Shown here in pieces: positions 47,905 through 57,082 of a stretch of 63,723 bases of DNA. The translations under genes were made by a program, and so were the position numbers. The stretch's first letter is position 1. Every line of letters begins with the position of its first letter. Location of the stretch: the NCBI GenBank assembly GCA_012517605.1, contig JAAYUS010000132.1, positions 1 to 63,723 of the forward strand, read 5' to 3'. The notes under the pieces are model-generated. The model ran no database searches, had not been told where the DNA came from, and saw only the letters and a list, made by a program, of their open reading frames with translations. The stretch comes from Bacteroidales bacterium (GTDB taxonomy: Bacteria; Bacteroidota; Bacteroidia; Bacteroidales; VadinHA17).

Positions 47905-50418
47905 ATGAAACATTTTTACCCATTCAGAAAAGTTACTGTCTTTTTTTTGATGCTTGCCCTTGGCAATGCGATGACAGCGCAGGAGTCTTCACGCAGGGAA
48001 TTTCTGAGAGCCTTTCAGAAAGCTGACACTTATTTTTATTATGATGAAAATTACCTTAAGGCAGCCGGACTGTATGAACCTCTTGTTAAAGCATATCCTG
48101 ATAATTATAACCTGGCAGCAAAGCTCGGTATCTGTTATCTGAATCTTGATGGAAGAAAGGAAGATGCTCTTCAGTTGCTAAAAAAAGCTTCACAGGGAGT
48201 TGTTTCCTATGCTAAAGAATACAAACAGACAGGAGAAAAAGCTCCGCTCGATACATATCTGTATTTAGCAATTGCTTTTCACCAGAATGACAGCCTTGAA
48301 CAGGCCCTCAACTTTTTCAACACAATGAAAAAGAGTCTATCGGATGAGGATAGTTACCAGCAGGATTTCATCGACCTCCAGATAAGGAACTGCCGCTATG
48401 CCATGGAGATGAAAAAGCGCCCGCTAAGACTTATAACCGATTATTTTGCCCCATGGCTTGCAGATTATCCGGGAGCCTGCAATCCGGTACTTGCAAAGAA
48501 TGATTCGGTATTCGTATTCACTGTGAAAAATGAAGGGATAACACAGATATATTGCTCATATAAAAAGAACAATGTGTGGGGAAAACCGTCAAACATTACA
48601 AAACAGCTGGGTGGTTATGACAGATTTTATACGAACTCGATAACCGGTAATGGCAAAATGCTTATTCTCTTCATGGATGACGGTGGTGACGGAAACCTTT
48701 ATTACAGCACCAGAAGGGACACAACATGGACAAAGATCAAAAGCGTTGGCAAATATGTTAATTCAATATACTGGGAGGCACATGGCTTTATAACCCCTGA
48801 TGGAAAAACAATGTATTTTTCAAGCAACAGGCCAGGAGGTGAAGGAGAACTTGATATCTGGACATCAGAACGCCTATCAGACGGTTCATGGGATAGGCCG
48901 GTTAACCTGGGTAATATCATAAACACTCCTTATGATGAAAGTACACCATACTTCGATCCTGCCGAAAACGCGCTTCTTTTCAGCTCGATAGGACATATAA
49001 GCATGGGGGCATACGATGTTTTCAGATCAATAAAAAGAGGTTCCGTATGGACACAACCTGTAGGCATGCCATATGCTTTCAATACAGTTCAGGAAAACAC
49101 AAACTTTATCCTCAACAATAATGCACCGGGGTTTGTGGCAAGCCGCTTTGATGACAAGAGCCACCAAAGGAACATCTTTGCAATTGTCGCTGTCGACCCT
49201 GCCGATGAAATTACAAGGGCTGAAGGAACAATAAAACTTGAGGACGGCATGCAGGTCGATCCGAAAGTATCACTTATCACAGTCAAAAACCTGAAGACCG
49301 GGGAAATAATGCAGAATATTCCGGTTGCCTCTGACGGATCATTCAACTTCAACATTAAACCAGGCGACTATCAGGTCTTTGTCAGTCACGACGGATATAA
49401 CACAGATACGATAAATCTTAATCTTCCCCTGTACTTTGCAGGTAAATTCCTCGCCGTAAATCCATCCCTTGAACCCGAAAAGGTATCAACAGGCGAATTC
49501 CTGTCGATCAAAAATGTACTTTTCGAATTTGACAAAGCCGAAATTTCTGAAGATTCCAAACCAACACTCGATATTCTTAAGAACATAATGATCAGTTATC
49601 CTGAACTGACTATTGAAGTGGCAGGATACACCGATTCAAAGGGACCGCTGGAATATAACAAGCGTCTTGCTGACAGACGTGCCCAGGCTGTAATAGATTA
49701 TATGACATCGTCAGGCATCGACAAGTCAAAATTTGTTAAAAAGGCATTCGGAGAATCAAATTTCGTAGCTGTAAACACAAATCCTGATGGTTCCGATAAT
49801 CCTGAAGGAAGAAAATATAACAGGAGGGTGACTTTCGGAATCGTCAATCCGAAGACTGGCGTTGTAATAAGGCAGGAAGCCTATACACCTCAGCACCTCA
49901 GGCAGCCTGGTTCGATGAAATACAGCATAATCCTGAGGCAGACAAAGGATAAACTGAATTCAGGATATTTCAATAACCTTATAAAGGATGAAATGCTGTT
50001 TGTAAGAACTGTAAAGACCGATTCACTCTATCTGTATGCACTGGGGGTCTTCTATAACAGGCCTGATGCAGTAACATATCTGGGAAGCCTCAGGGAAGCA
50101 GGTCTGAAAGATGCATACATAATTAACCAGTACGAACTTGAAAATGCCGCTTCAGGAGGCGAAGCTGATTTCAATATTACAGGCCCGGCAACATCACGAA
50201 AGGTCTACACAATACAGCTGAAGGCGACCCGTAACCCGATCGATATTGAAAGTATTTTCCCGGGATACGAGGGGGTAAGGGAGATAAAAAATGGTGATGG
50301 ATTTTATAAATATGTTTATGGCGAATTTGAATCGATTTCAGTTGCGAGAGAAGCTTTAATAAATGTAAAAAAGGACTTCACCGATGCATTTATCAGGGAA
50401 ATCGACATTCAAAAATGA
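47905..50418 (+). CDS. OmpA-family protein, paralog of 45637-47823 (TPR + PD40 + OmpA_C + SPOR-like)
   Basis: Same N-terminal architecture (TPDGKTMYFSSNRPGGEGELDIW). OmpA-like domain FEFDKAEI...GYTDS.G...N..L...RA..V. Two C-terminal YSIILRQ / YTIQLKATRNP modules. Confidence 0.8.
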   Translation: MKHFYPFRKVTVFFLMLALGNAMTAQESSRREFLRAFQKADTYFYYDENYLKAAGLYEPLVKAYPDNYNLAAKLGICYLNLDGRKEDALQLLKKASQGVVSYAKEYKQTGEKAPLDTYLYLAIAFHQNDSLEQALNFFNTMKKSLSDEDSYQQDFIDLQIRNCRYAMEMKKRPLRLITDYFAPWLADYPGACNPVLAKNDSVFVFTVKNEGITQIYCSYKKNNVWGKPSNITKQLGGYDRFYTNSITGNGKMLILFMDDGGDGNLYYSTRRDTTWTKIKSVGKYVNSIYWEAHGFITPDGKTMYFSSNRPGGEGELDIWTSERLSDGSWDRPVNLGNIINTPYDESTPYFDPAENALLFSSIGHISMGAYDVFRSIKRGSVWTQPVGMPYAFNTVQENTNFILNNNAPGFVASRFDDKSHQRNIFAIVAVDPADEITRAEGTIKLEDGMQVDPKVSLITVKNLKTGEIMQNIPVASDGSFNFNIKPGDYQVFVSHDGYNTDTINLNLPLYFAGKFLAVNPSLEPEKVSTGEFLSIKNVLFEFDKAEISEDSKPTLDILKNIMISYPELTIEVAGYTDSKGPLEYNKRLADRRAQAVIDYMTSSGIDKSKFVKKAFGESNFVAVNTNPDGSDNPEGRKYNRRVTFGIVNPKTGVVIRQEAYTPQHLRQPGSMKYSIILRQTKDKLNSGYFNNLIKDEMLFVRTVKTDSLYLYALGVFYNRPDAVTYLGSLREAGLKDAYIINQYELENAASGGEADFNITGPATSRKVYTIQLKATRNPIDIESIFPGYEGVREIKNGDGFYKYVYGEFESISVAREALINVKKDFTDAFIREIDIQK

Positions 50419-50443
50419 CAGTTTATTTATATTCATATCTGCA

Positions 50444-50968
50444 ATGAAATACAAGGAAATTGATCTTCGGGCCCCGGAGCCCGAAGATCTCGAATTACTG
50501 TATGACTGGGAAAACAATACGTCATACTGGATAATCAGCAGCACCATTGTGCCATTTTCGAAATATACCCTTAAACGATACCTTGAAAATTCTCATAAGA
50601 CCATTTATGAGACAGGCCAGCTTCGGCTGATGATAGATCATATCCCTGATGGCAAGACTATCGGGACAATCGATCTTTTTGATTTTGACCCCTTCCATAA
50701 GCGTGCAGGTGTAGGAATCCTTATTGCTGACGAAGCTTACCGAAGGAAAGGATATGCTTCAATGGCACTGAAATGCCTTGTTGACTATTGCTTCGCGACC
50801 CTTCAGCTTCATCAGCTATATTGCAATATCTTAAGCAACAACAGCGAAAGCATGGACCTTTTCCGTAAGATGGGATTTGTGCAGGCCGGCATTAAAAAAG
50901 ACTGGGTAAAAACCAATGACGGGTATATAGACGAACATCTTTTTCAGCTCATAAACTCACGACACTGA
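50444..50968 (+). CDS. GNAT-family N-acetyltransferase (RimJ/RimL-like)
   Basis: Acetyl-CoA binding region RRKGYASMAL. The start was chosen at MKYKEIDLR. The longer ORF from 50384 lies inside the preceding gene. Confidence 0.75.
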   Translation: MKYKEIDLRAPEPEDLELLYDWENNTSYWIISSTIVPFSKYTLKRYLENSHKTIYETGQLRLMIDHIPDGKTIGTIDLFDFDPFHKRAGVGILIADEAYRRKGYASMALKCLVDYCFATLQLHQLYCNILSNNSESMDLFRKMGFVQAGIKKDWVKTNDGYIDEHLFQLINSRH

Positions 50969-51976
50969 ACCTGATGCCAGCAGTCCGCATGCTGCTGAAA
51001 TATCAGCTCCCCTCGACCTTCTCAAGGATGCTGAAATACCTGAGATAACAAGTTCGTGCCTGAAATGCATCATTGTATCAGGTGTAGATGAAACAGCCTC
51101 ATTCTCTGCTATCGCATGATATGGTATAAGGTTTATCCTTACTGAAGAACCCCGAAGCAGGTCCTTCAGGCCCTGAAGATGCTTCTCAGTATCGTTTATA
51201 TCTTTCATCATAACATAGGCAACGCTCATCCTGCGTTTCTTTCTCAAAGGATAATTCTTCATCAGCTCAATGACAGATGAGGCCGGATATATTCTTTCGG
51301 CCGGCACTGCTTTTTTCCTCTCATCAGCAAAAGGAGAGAAAAGGCTGAAGACAAGATTGCAGCACGATTCTGCAAGAAACCGTTCAATACCTTGCAGTAT
51401 ACCAACGGTGGAAACTGTTATGTCGCGGGGACTAAGGGCAAGTCCCCATTCTGAAGTAAGAATTTTGCATGCCTTTAAAACATTTTCGATATTGTCCATC
51501 GGCTCTCCCATTCCCATAAATACAACATGGTTCACCTTTCCTGCATCCGGCAGGCTTATTATCTGGTTTACAATATCGCCCGCGGAAAGGTTTCCAATGA
51601 ATCCCAGCCGGCCGGTAGCGCAGAATGGACAACCCATCCGGCATCCCGACTGGGAGGATACGCAAACTGTATTGCGTTTACCGTCAGACATATATACAGT
51701 TTCAAATACGAGGCCGTCACCATTCCTGAAAAGATATTTTACTGTTCCGTCAGATGATACAACAGACGACTCATGATCATAAATGCCGGCAGTAAATATT
51801 TCCGCAATCTGATGTTTCAGCTTTCCGGATATTTTCGGGAATTCACTTACATCCCTGAGCCGTTTCTTATATATGCTGTTTGTTACGGAAATCGCAGCCG
51901 GCATTGTCAGTCCGGGAATATCAGCGACCTGAAGAATATCCCCGGGTGTCAGTCCGCAGAGCTTCTTTTTGTCCAT
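50957..51976 (-). CDS. rlmN: 23S rRNA/tRNA (adenine-C2)-methyltransferase RlmN (radical SAM)
   Basis: SSQSGCRMGCPFCATG radical-SAM box, GMGEP, and a C-terminal conserved Cys (ISAACG). Its 3' end overlaps the GNAT gene by 12 nt (convergent). Confidence 0.85.
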   Translation of the reverse strand: MDKKKLCGLTPGDILQVADIPGLTMPAAISVTNSIYKKRLRDVSEFPKISGKLKHQIAEIFTAGIYDHESSVVSSDGTVKYLFRNGDGLVFETVYMSDGKRNTVCVSSQSGCRMGCPFCATGRLGFIGNLSAGDIVNQIISLPDAGKVNHVVFMGMGEPMDNIENVLKACKILTSEWGLALSPRDITVSTVGILQGIERFLAESCCNLVFSLFSPFADERKKAVPAERIYPASSVIELMKNYPLRKKRRMSVAYVMMKDINDTEKHLQGLKDLLRGSSVRINLIPYHAIAENEAVSSTPDTMMHFRHELVISGISASLRRSRGADISAACGLLASGSVS

Positions 51977-52240
51977 TATTGGAATTAAAACCGTAAAAGT
52001 AATTCTATAATTATTAAATCATAAATCCGAAATCCAAATTCCGAAATTCTTTTTTATCCCCTAACCCCCTTTTAGACTCCCGTTTTGTCAACCTCTGTTT
52101 TTAACCCCCCAACCTCCTGAAGGCAACTCTTTGTACAAATGACGGATCCAATTCGAAGTGCCGGATTTTTTATATTGCTTTTGGGATATTGGGTTTCGCA
52201 GGGATAATATGTCAGTAAAACAGATCACGTTTTTCAGCAT

Positions 52241-52340
52241 AGCTTTGGAATTAAAGCAGGAGGCTTTGAAAATAAAACCAGAGGCTTTGAAAATAAAACC
52301 AGAGGCTTTGAAAATAATAAAGCCGGAGGCTTTGAAGTCA
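52241..52340. repeat. Tandem ~21-22-bp REP-like repeats (about 4.5 copies; core CCAGAGGCTTTGAAAATAAAA)
   Basis: Head-to-tail copies start near 52256, 52279, 52300 and 52323. They are followed by the hairpins CCACGG..CCGTGG and TCAACCGC-GGA-GCGGTTGA. Confidence 0.85.
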
Positions 52341-52457
52341 AATATCCACGGTTATATCCGTGGTGGAGTTAATGTAATTCTTCTCAACCGCGGAGCGGTT
52401 GAAGAACTGTTTCAGAATTTTTCAGTAATTTTATTTCTGTGCTAAAAGTGGAACAAT

Positions 52458-52673
52458 ATGTCAACTTATATTCATATTCACCTCTCATTTTGACCGGCAT
52501 ATCTGATAAAAGATATAAAAGAAGGCAGTCATGTGCTTATATTAAGGGAATCTCTGATTAAGTATTTAAAGAATCAGGAAGAACATCATAAGTCTGTTTC
52601 TTTCAAAGACGAAATGATCTTAACGTTAAATGAACATGATGTAGATTACAAAGAAGATTACTTATTTACCTGA
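52458..52673 (+). pseudogene. Remnant of an IS200/IS605-type Y1 transposase (RAYT-like) with its central part deleted
   Basis: ATG at 52458 gives MSTYIHIHLSF*, an N-terminus typical of this family. A second frame (to 52673) gives ...IKYLKNQEEHHKSVSFKDEMILTLNEHDVDYKEDYLFT*, a typical C-terminus. The catalytic middle is absent. Confidence 0.6.
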
Positions 52674-52750
52674 TATTCTTCAACACCTCTGGTGTTGTAT
52701 GATCGATTTGCCATTTACCATGGATATTACCATGGATATTGGACTTGGAT

Positions 52751-52952
52751 GCCTCCGGCATCTCGCATTTTCAATCATTCCTGTTTTTTTCTGTGCCTCC
52801 GGCATCTCACATTTTCAATCATTCCTGTTTTTTCTGTGCCTTCGGCATCTCGCATTTTCAATTATTCCTATTTTTTCTGTGCCTCCGGCATTTAGATTTT
52901 TCAATCATTCCTGTATATTTCTATGCCTCCGTCTCTTTAAGGATTTCAAACC
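52751..52952. repeat. Tandem 43-44-bp repeats (about 4.5 copies; GCCTCCGGCATCTCGCATTTTCAATCATTCCTGTTTTTTCTGT)
   Basis: Copies start at 52751, 52795, 52838, 52881 and 52925 with no unique spacers. They share GCCTCYGG...ATTTTCAA with the reverse complement of the 52241-52340 array. Confidence 0.85.
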
Positions 52953-53180
52953 TTTAAAATGAATTTTGGAACAAAGATGTGTTCAAAAAGTAGCCCTGAA
53001 GGGGGGCTAAGATTTTTGCAGATAGCTTCTTAAACCCCCTTTAGGGGGCCTGGGGGTGAACTAAACCTGAAATTAAAAATATGGGGAAATCAGGAATTCT
53101 TTTTCTGCCTTCTGCTAAAATATGCTTACCTTGAATTAACTTTAACAGGCATCTCCGGTCATACATTAAAACAAGACAAA

Positions 53181-54422
53181 ATGAACCTGAAAATTATTGC
53201 ATTCATATCATCAATCCTGCTTGTATCATGCACAGGCAGGAACCAGACCTTACAAACCAGTCAAAATTCAAACGCCATGAAGATCGACACCCTTAAACAA
53301 TACGGCTATAACCTGAATTTTCTCGGAAAACATGTGGATGTAATTGAATTGAAAAACGGAAACTCCTCAGTTGCCATTGTCCCCGCCTGGCAGGGCAGGG
53401 TAATGACAAGCACTGCCATGGGGCCTGACGGATTCAGCTTCGGATGGATAAACAGGGACCTGATAGCCTCAGGCAGGTCGCAGCCCCATATAATGCCCTT
53501 CGGAGGAGAGGAAAGATTATGGCTCGGCCCGGAGGGAGGACAATTCTCCATCTATTTCAAAAAAGGAGATGATTTTGTATATGATAACTGGCAGACACCT
53601 GCATTCCTTGATACGCTTCCTTTTGCAACCACATCCGTAAATGAAACCTCAGCCTCATTCACTCATTATGCTGAGACTGAAAACTACAGCGGAACACCGC
53701 TTAAATTCCAGATCGACAGAAAAGTGACACTCCTTACGGAAGAAGAGTTCACAAAAGAAACAGGAATTGACCTGAAAGGCTTAAATTATGTGGCATATTT
53801 GTCTGACAACAAGCTTACAAACAAGGGCGACAGGGAATGGCTTAAGGAAACCGGCATGCTTTCAATATGGATGCTTGGCATGTTCATACCCTCCCCTGAG
53901 GTTACTGTAGTAATACCATTCAGGCAGGGAGATGAGAAAGATTTAGGTATTATCGTAAATGACAGCTATTTCGGTAAGATATCACCCGACCGGCTTAAGA
54001 TCCGGGGTAGTAATATTTATTTCAGGGCCGATGGTAAAAGCCGCGGCAAGATAGGTCTTTCACCGGAACGGGCAACAGGTACTATGGGCAGTTACGACTT
54101 TGAAAACAAGATCCTCACCCTGCTTATCTGCAAACTTCCGGAAGGCAAAACAGATTATGTGAATTCAGCCTGGCAGATACAGGACGATCCTTATTCGGGC
54201 GATGCCCTGAATTCCTATAACGACGGTCCCCTGGAAGACGGATCACAGATGGGTCCGTTTTATGAACTCGAAACCTCCTCCCCTGCCGCCGCCCTTAAAC
54301 CAGGTGAAAGCATCACCCACAGCCAGATCACAATCCACCTCACAGGTGATGAAAAGCTCCTCGACATGGCAGCGATGAAAATTCTTGGAGTGTCACTGGA
54401 GGAAATAAGGAAAGCGTTTTAA
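53181..54422 (+). CDS. Hypothetical lipoprotein (possibly a carbohydrate-binding or mutarotase-like beta-sandwich)
   Basis: Lipobox LLVSC. No catalytic motif recognised. GGEERLWLGPEGGQFSI is only reminiscent of aldose-epimerase-like folds. Confidence 0.6.
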   Translation: MNLKIIAFISSILLVSCTGRNQTLQTSQNSNAMKIDTLKQYGYNLNFLGKHVDVIELKNGNSSVAIVPAWQGRVMTSTAMGPDGFSFGWINRDLIASGRSQPHIMPFGGEERLWLGPEGGQFSIYFKKGDDFVYDNWQTPAFLDTLPFATTSVNETSASFTHYAETENYSGTPLKFQIDRKVTLLTEEEFTKETGIDLKGLNYVAYLSDNKLTNKGDREWLKETGMLSIWMLGMFIPSPEVTVVIPFRQGDEKDLGIIVNDSYFGKISPDRLKIRGSNIYFRADGKSRGKIGLSPERATGTMGSYDFENKILTLLICKLPEGKTDYVNSAWQIQDDPYSGDALNSYNDGPLEDGSQMGPFYELETSSPAAALKPGESITHSQITIHLTGDEKLLDMAAMKILGVSLEEIRKAF

Positions 54423-54438
54423 AAGCCTGCCGGCTTTT

Positions 54439-54546
54439 GGCGCAGGGCACAGGGCACAGGGCACAGGGTAAAAGGGGGTTTTACCTGAGCTCTGTTCTCT
54501 GTGCTTCCTACCCTGAGTTCTGAGCTCTGCGCTCTGAGCCCTGAGC
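54439..54546. repeat. GC-rich simple-sequence module (CAGGGCA x3, then CTGAGC/CTGCGC words in the opposite sense) between convergent genes
   Basis: GGCGCAGGGCACAGGGCACAGGGCACAGGG ... CCCTGAGTTCTGAGCTCTGCGCTCTGAGCCCTGAGC. The arms are partially complementary. It follows a weak hairpin AAAAGCC-TGCC-GGCTTTT at 54421-54438. Confidence 0.7.
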
Positions 54547-54589
54547 ATCATTCAAGAATATACTAAACCTGAATCCAGATATAAGTATG

Positions 54590-56698
54590 TTACTGCTGCA
54601 CGAGTCCCCTGTTCTTCAGCAGCGGTTCTATCTGCGGTTCGCGTCCCCTGAAATTGACATACATCTGCATTGCATCCATGGTGCCGTCTTTTTCAAGGAT
54701 ATTCCTGCGGAACGATTCTGCTGTGGCTCTGTCGAAAATACCTTTTTCCTTAAATGCTTCAAATGCATCATTGTCGAGGACAGCAGCCCATGTATAGCTG
54801 TAATAGCCTGAGTCGTAGCCGTCAATGATATGAAGGAAGTAAGTGCTCCTGTATCTCGATACTATTTCTGGAATAAGTCCTATTTTTTCGAAATATGCTT
54901 TTTCAAAGCTCTGGACATCAACAATGGCAGGATCTTCAAGTGTGTAATATGCCATATCAAGCAGAGACGCTGCAAGAAGTTCAACATTTATGAAACCCTG
55001 GTTGAAATATTTGCTCTTGTCCATTTTGGCTATCAGTGACGCAGGGATAGTTTCGCCTGTCTGATAATGTTTAGCATATATATTGAGAAGTTCTGGTTCA
55101 GTAGCCCAGTGTTCCATTATCTGTGATGGAAGCTCAACGAAATCCCAGGCTATGTACGACATGTTGTAGGTATTCTTGCAGAATAATCCTTCAAGAGCAT
55201 GACCGAACTCATGAAAGAGGGTTTCAACCTCTTCCAGGTTAAGAAGGGCAGGAAGTTCGCCTGAAGGACGTGTAAAGTTGCAGACAAGGGTTACGACCGG
55301 GGCAACCTCTTTCCCGTCAACAACATGGTGGTTGCGGTAACTGCCGCACCATGCACCCTGTCGCTTGCTTTCCCTCGGATGGAAATCCATGTAAAGGACT
55401 CCGATATGTGATCCGTCGGCTTCCTTAACCTCATAAGCCTGTGCCTCAGGGTGAGGAAGAGGACAGTTTGCAATTGGCTCGAAAGTGATCCCGTAAAGCT
55501 TGTTTGCGCAGGTAAAAACGCCTTCACGGACATTGTCAAGTTTGAAATATGGTCTGAGCTCATTATCGTCGAGGTCATATTTCTGTTTTCTCAGTTTCTC
55601 GGCATAATACCACCAGTCGGAAGGTTCAAGTTTGAAATTTCCCCCTTCTTTGTCAATAAGCTTCTGCATTTCCTTTACCTCATTTTTGGCGACAGGAATT
55701 GCTTTGCTCCAGAGATTGTCGAGAAGGTTGAAAACATTCTGAGGTGTTTTGGCCATCCTTGGTTCGAGGACCAGGTCGGAATGTGACTTATAGCCAAGGA
55801 GTAAGGCACGCTTTGCACGCAGCCTTACTATCTCAGCAAGAACTTTATTGTTATCATTCTCATTCCCGTTGTTACCCCTGTTGGTGTAGGCATGGAACAA
55901 CTCGCGGCGAAGGTCCCTGTCTTCAGAATACTGAAGGAAAGGGAAGATACTGGGCCTCTGTGTCGTGAAGGCATACTGGCCTTCCTTTCCTGCTGCTTTT
56001 GCAATCTCTGCAGCGGCATCAATAAGCGACTGTGGCAAACCTGCAAGTTTGTCCTTGCCGACAAAGAGTTTATAGTTGTTTGTTTCGTTGAGCACATTCT
56101 GGCTGAATGTGACGCTAAGAACTGAGATCCTCTGGTTAAGCTTTTTCAGGGTATCCTGGTCAGCCTTGTTCAGGTTTGCCCCGTTTCTTACAAATTCCTT
56201 ATAGAGGTTTTCGAGTATGAATTTCTGTTCGGCTGTAAGGTTGAACTTTGCCTGATTATCATAAACCTGCTTTACCTTTTTGAAGAGGCCCGGATTAAGC
56301 CTTATCTCATCATTGTAACCGGCAAGCTTGGGAGATATCTCCAGTTCGATGTTCTGAAGCGAATCGTTTGTGTTGGCTGAAGCCTGTGCAAAGAACACGG
56401 CAGAAACCCTTGTCAGAAGCTCGCCGGCCTTGTCGAGGGCGCCGATTGTATTTTCAAAAGTTGGTTCCTCTGAATTTTTAACGAGTCTTTCGATATCCTT
56501 TCTCCCCTCCTCCATGCCTTTTTCGAATGCAGGCATGTAGTGTTTCGCCATTATCTTTTCAAAAGGAGGTACCTGGAACGGAGTATTGTATTCCTGGAAG
56601 AATGGATTGGAGAGGTCGGCTTCAGGCTTATTTTTACAAGAGCTGAAGGATGTGGCGGTCAATCCCATAATAAACAGAATTTTAAATAGATTTTTCAC
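54590..56698 (-). CDS. dcp: M3-family peptidyl-dipeptidase (Dcp-like), lipoprotein
   Basis: HEFGHALEG zinc motif, ~700 aa M3 layout, lipobox SFSSC. The start codon is GTG at 56698. The first in-frame ATG would truncate the signal peptide. Confidence 0.85.
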   Translation of the reverse strand: MKNLFKILFIMGLTATSFSSCKNKPEADLSNPFFQEYNTPFQVPPFEKIMAKHYMPAFEKGMEEGRKDIERLVKNSEEPTFENTIGALDKAGELLTRVSAVFFAQASANTNDSLQNIELEISPKLAGYNDEIRLNPGLFKKVKQVYDNQAKFNLTAEQKFILENLYKEFVRNGANLNKADQDTLKKLNQRISVLSVTFSQNVLNETNNYKLFVGKDKLAGLPQSLIDAAAEIAKAAGKEGQYAFTTQRPSIFPFLQYSEDRDLRRELFHAYTNRGNNGNENDNNKVLAEIVRLRAKRALLLGYKSHSDLVLEPRMAKTPQNVFNLLDNLWSKAIPVAKNEVKEMQKLIDKEGGNFKLEPSDWWYYAEKLRKQKYDLDDNELRPYFKLDNVREGVFTCANKLYGITFEPIANCPLPHPEAQAYEVKEADGSHIGVLYMDFHPRESKRQGAWCGSYRNHHVVDGKEVAPVVTLVCNFTRPSGELPALLNLEEVETLFHEFGHALEGLFCKNTYNMSYIAWDFVELPSQIMEHWATEPELLNIYAKHYQTGETIPASLIAKMDKSKYFNQGFINVELLAASLLDMAYYTLEDPAIVDVQSFEKAYFEKIGLIPEIVSRYRSTYFLHIIDGYDSGYYSYTWAAVLDNDAFEAFKEKGIFDRATAESFRRNILEKDGTMDAMQMYVNFRGREPQIEPLLKNRGLVQQ

Positions 56699-56826
56699 GT
56701 TTTGAAATATTAAGGTTAAATATTAATATTCTGAAGGTTATGCAAAATAAGCTCTTAAAAGTATGTTATCAAAACAATTGAATGACTTTTTAAGAACAAA
56801 TATTTATTACTTTTGTCGGCTGCAAA

Positions 56827-56854
56827 GCAGGACGCAGGACGCAGGACGCAGGAC
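56827..56854. repeat. Heptamer microsatellite (GCAGGAC)x4
   Basis: Four perfect head-to-tail copies, followed by AAGACCTGC x2. Confidence 0.9.
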
Positions 56855-56904
56855 GCAAGGCTGAAGACCTGCAAGACCTGCGAAGCGCTCCGCGCTGAGC
56901 CCCA

Positions 56905-57082
56905 GGAGAGATGGTCACGCCTGAGCGTGATAAACTCCGTGGCCTAATGCGGCTTAATTTATTGGAGAGATGGTCACGCCTGAGCGTGATAAACTCCGTG
57001 GCCTAATGCGGCTTAATTTATTGGAGAGATGGCCACGCCTGAGCGTGATAAACTCCGTGGCCTAATGCGGCTTAATATTTAA
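56905..57082 (+). repeat. Three tandem 59-60-bp repeats, each a pseudo-copy of the 5' third of tRNA-Ser
   Basis: Units start at 56905, 56964 and 57023. Each is GGAGAGATGG + hairpin TCACGC-CTGA-GCGTGA + ..GTGGCCTAATGCGGC + TTAATTTATT. The tRNA reads GGAGAGATGGCAGAGTGGTCGAATGCGGC. Copies 1 and 2 are identical. Copy 3 differs by one substitution and in its 3' tail (TTAATATTTAA). Confidence 0.9.

Noticed and set aside
52158-52962. ORFs 52158-52445, 52692-52895, 52699-52962 and 52739-52957, and the possibility of a CRISPR array in the same region.
   Set aside because: The ORFs are translations of tandem repeats (ALKIKPE.. and CLRHL.FSIIP.. iterations). The repeats are contiguous with no unique spacers, have periods of 22 and 43-44 bp, and no cas genes are present. 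This is not CRISPR.
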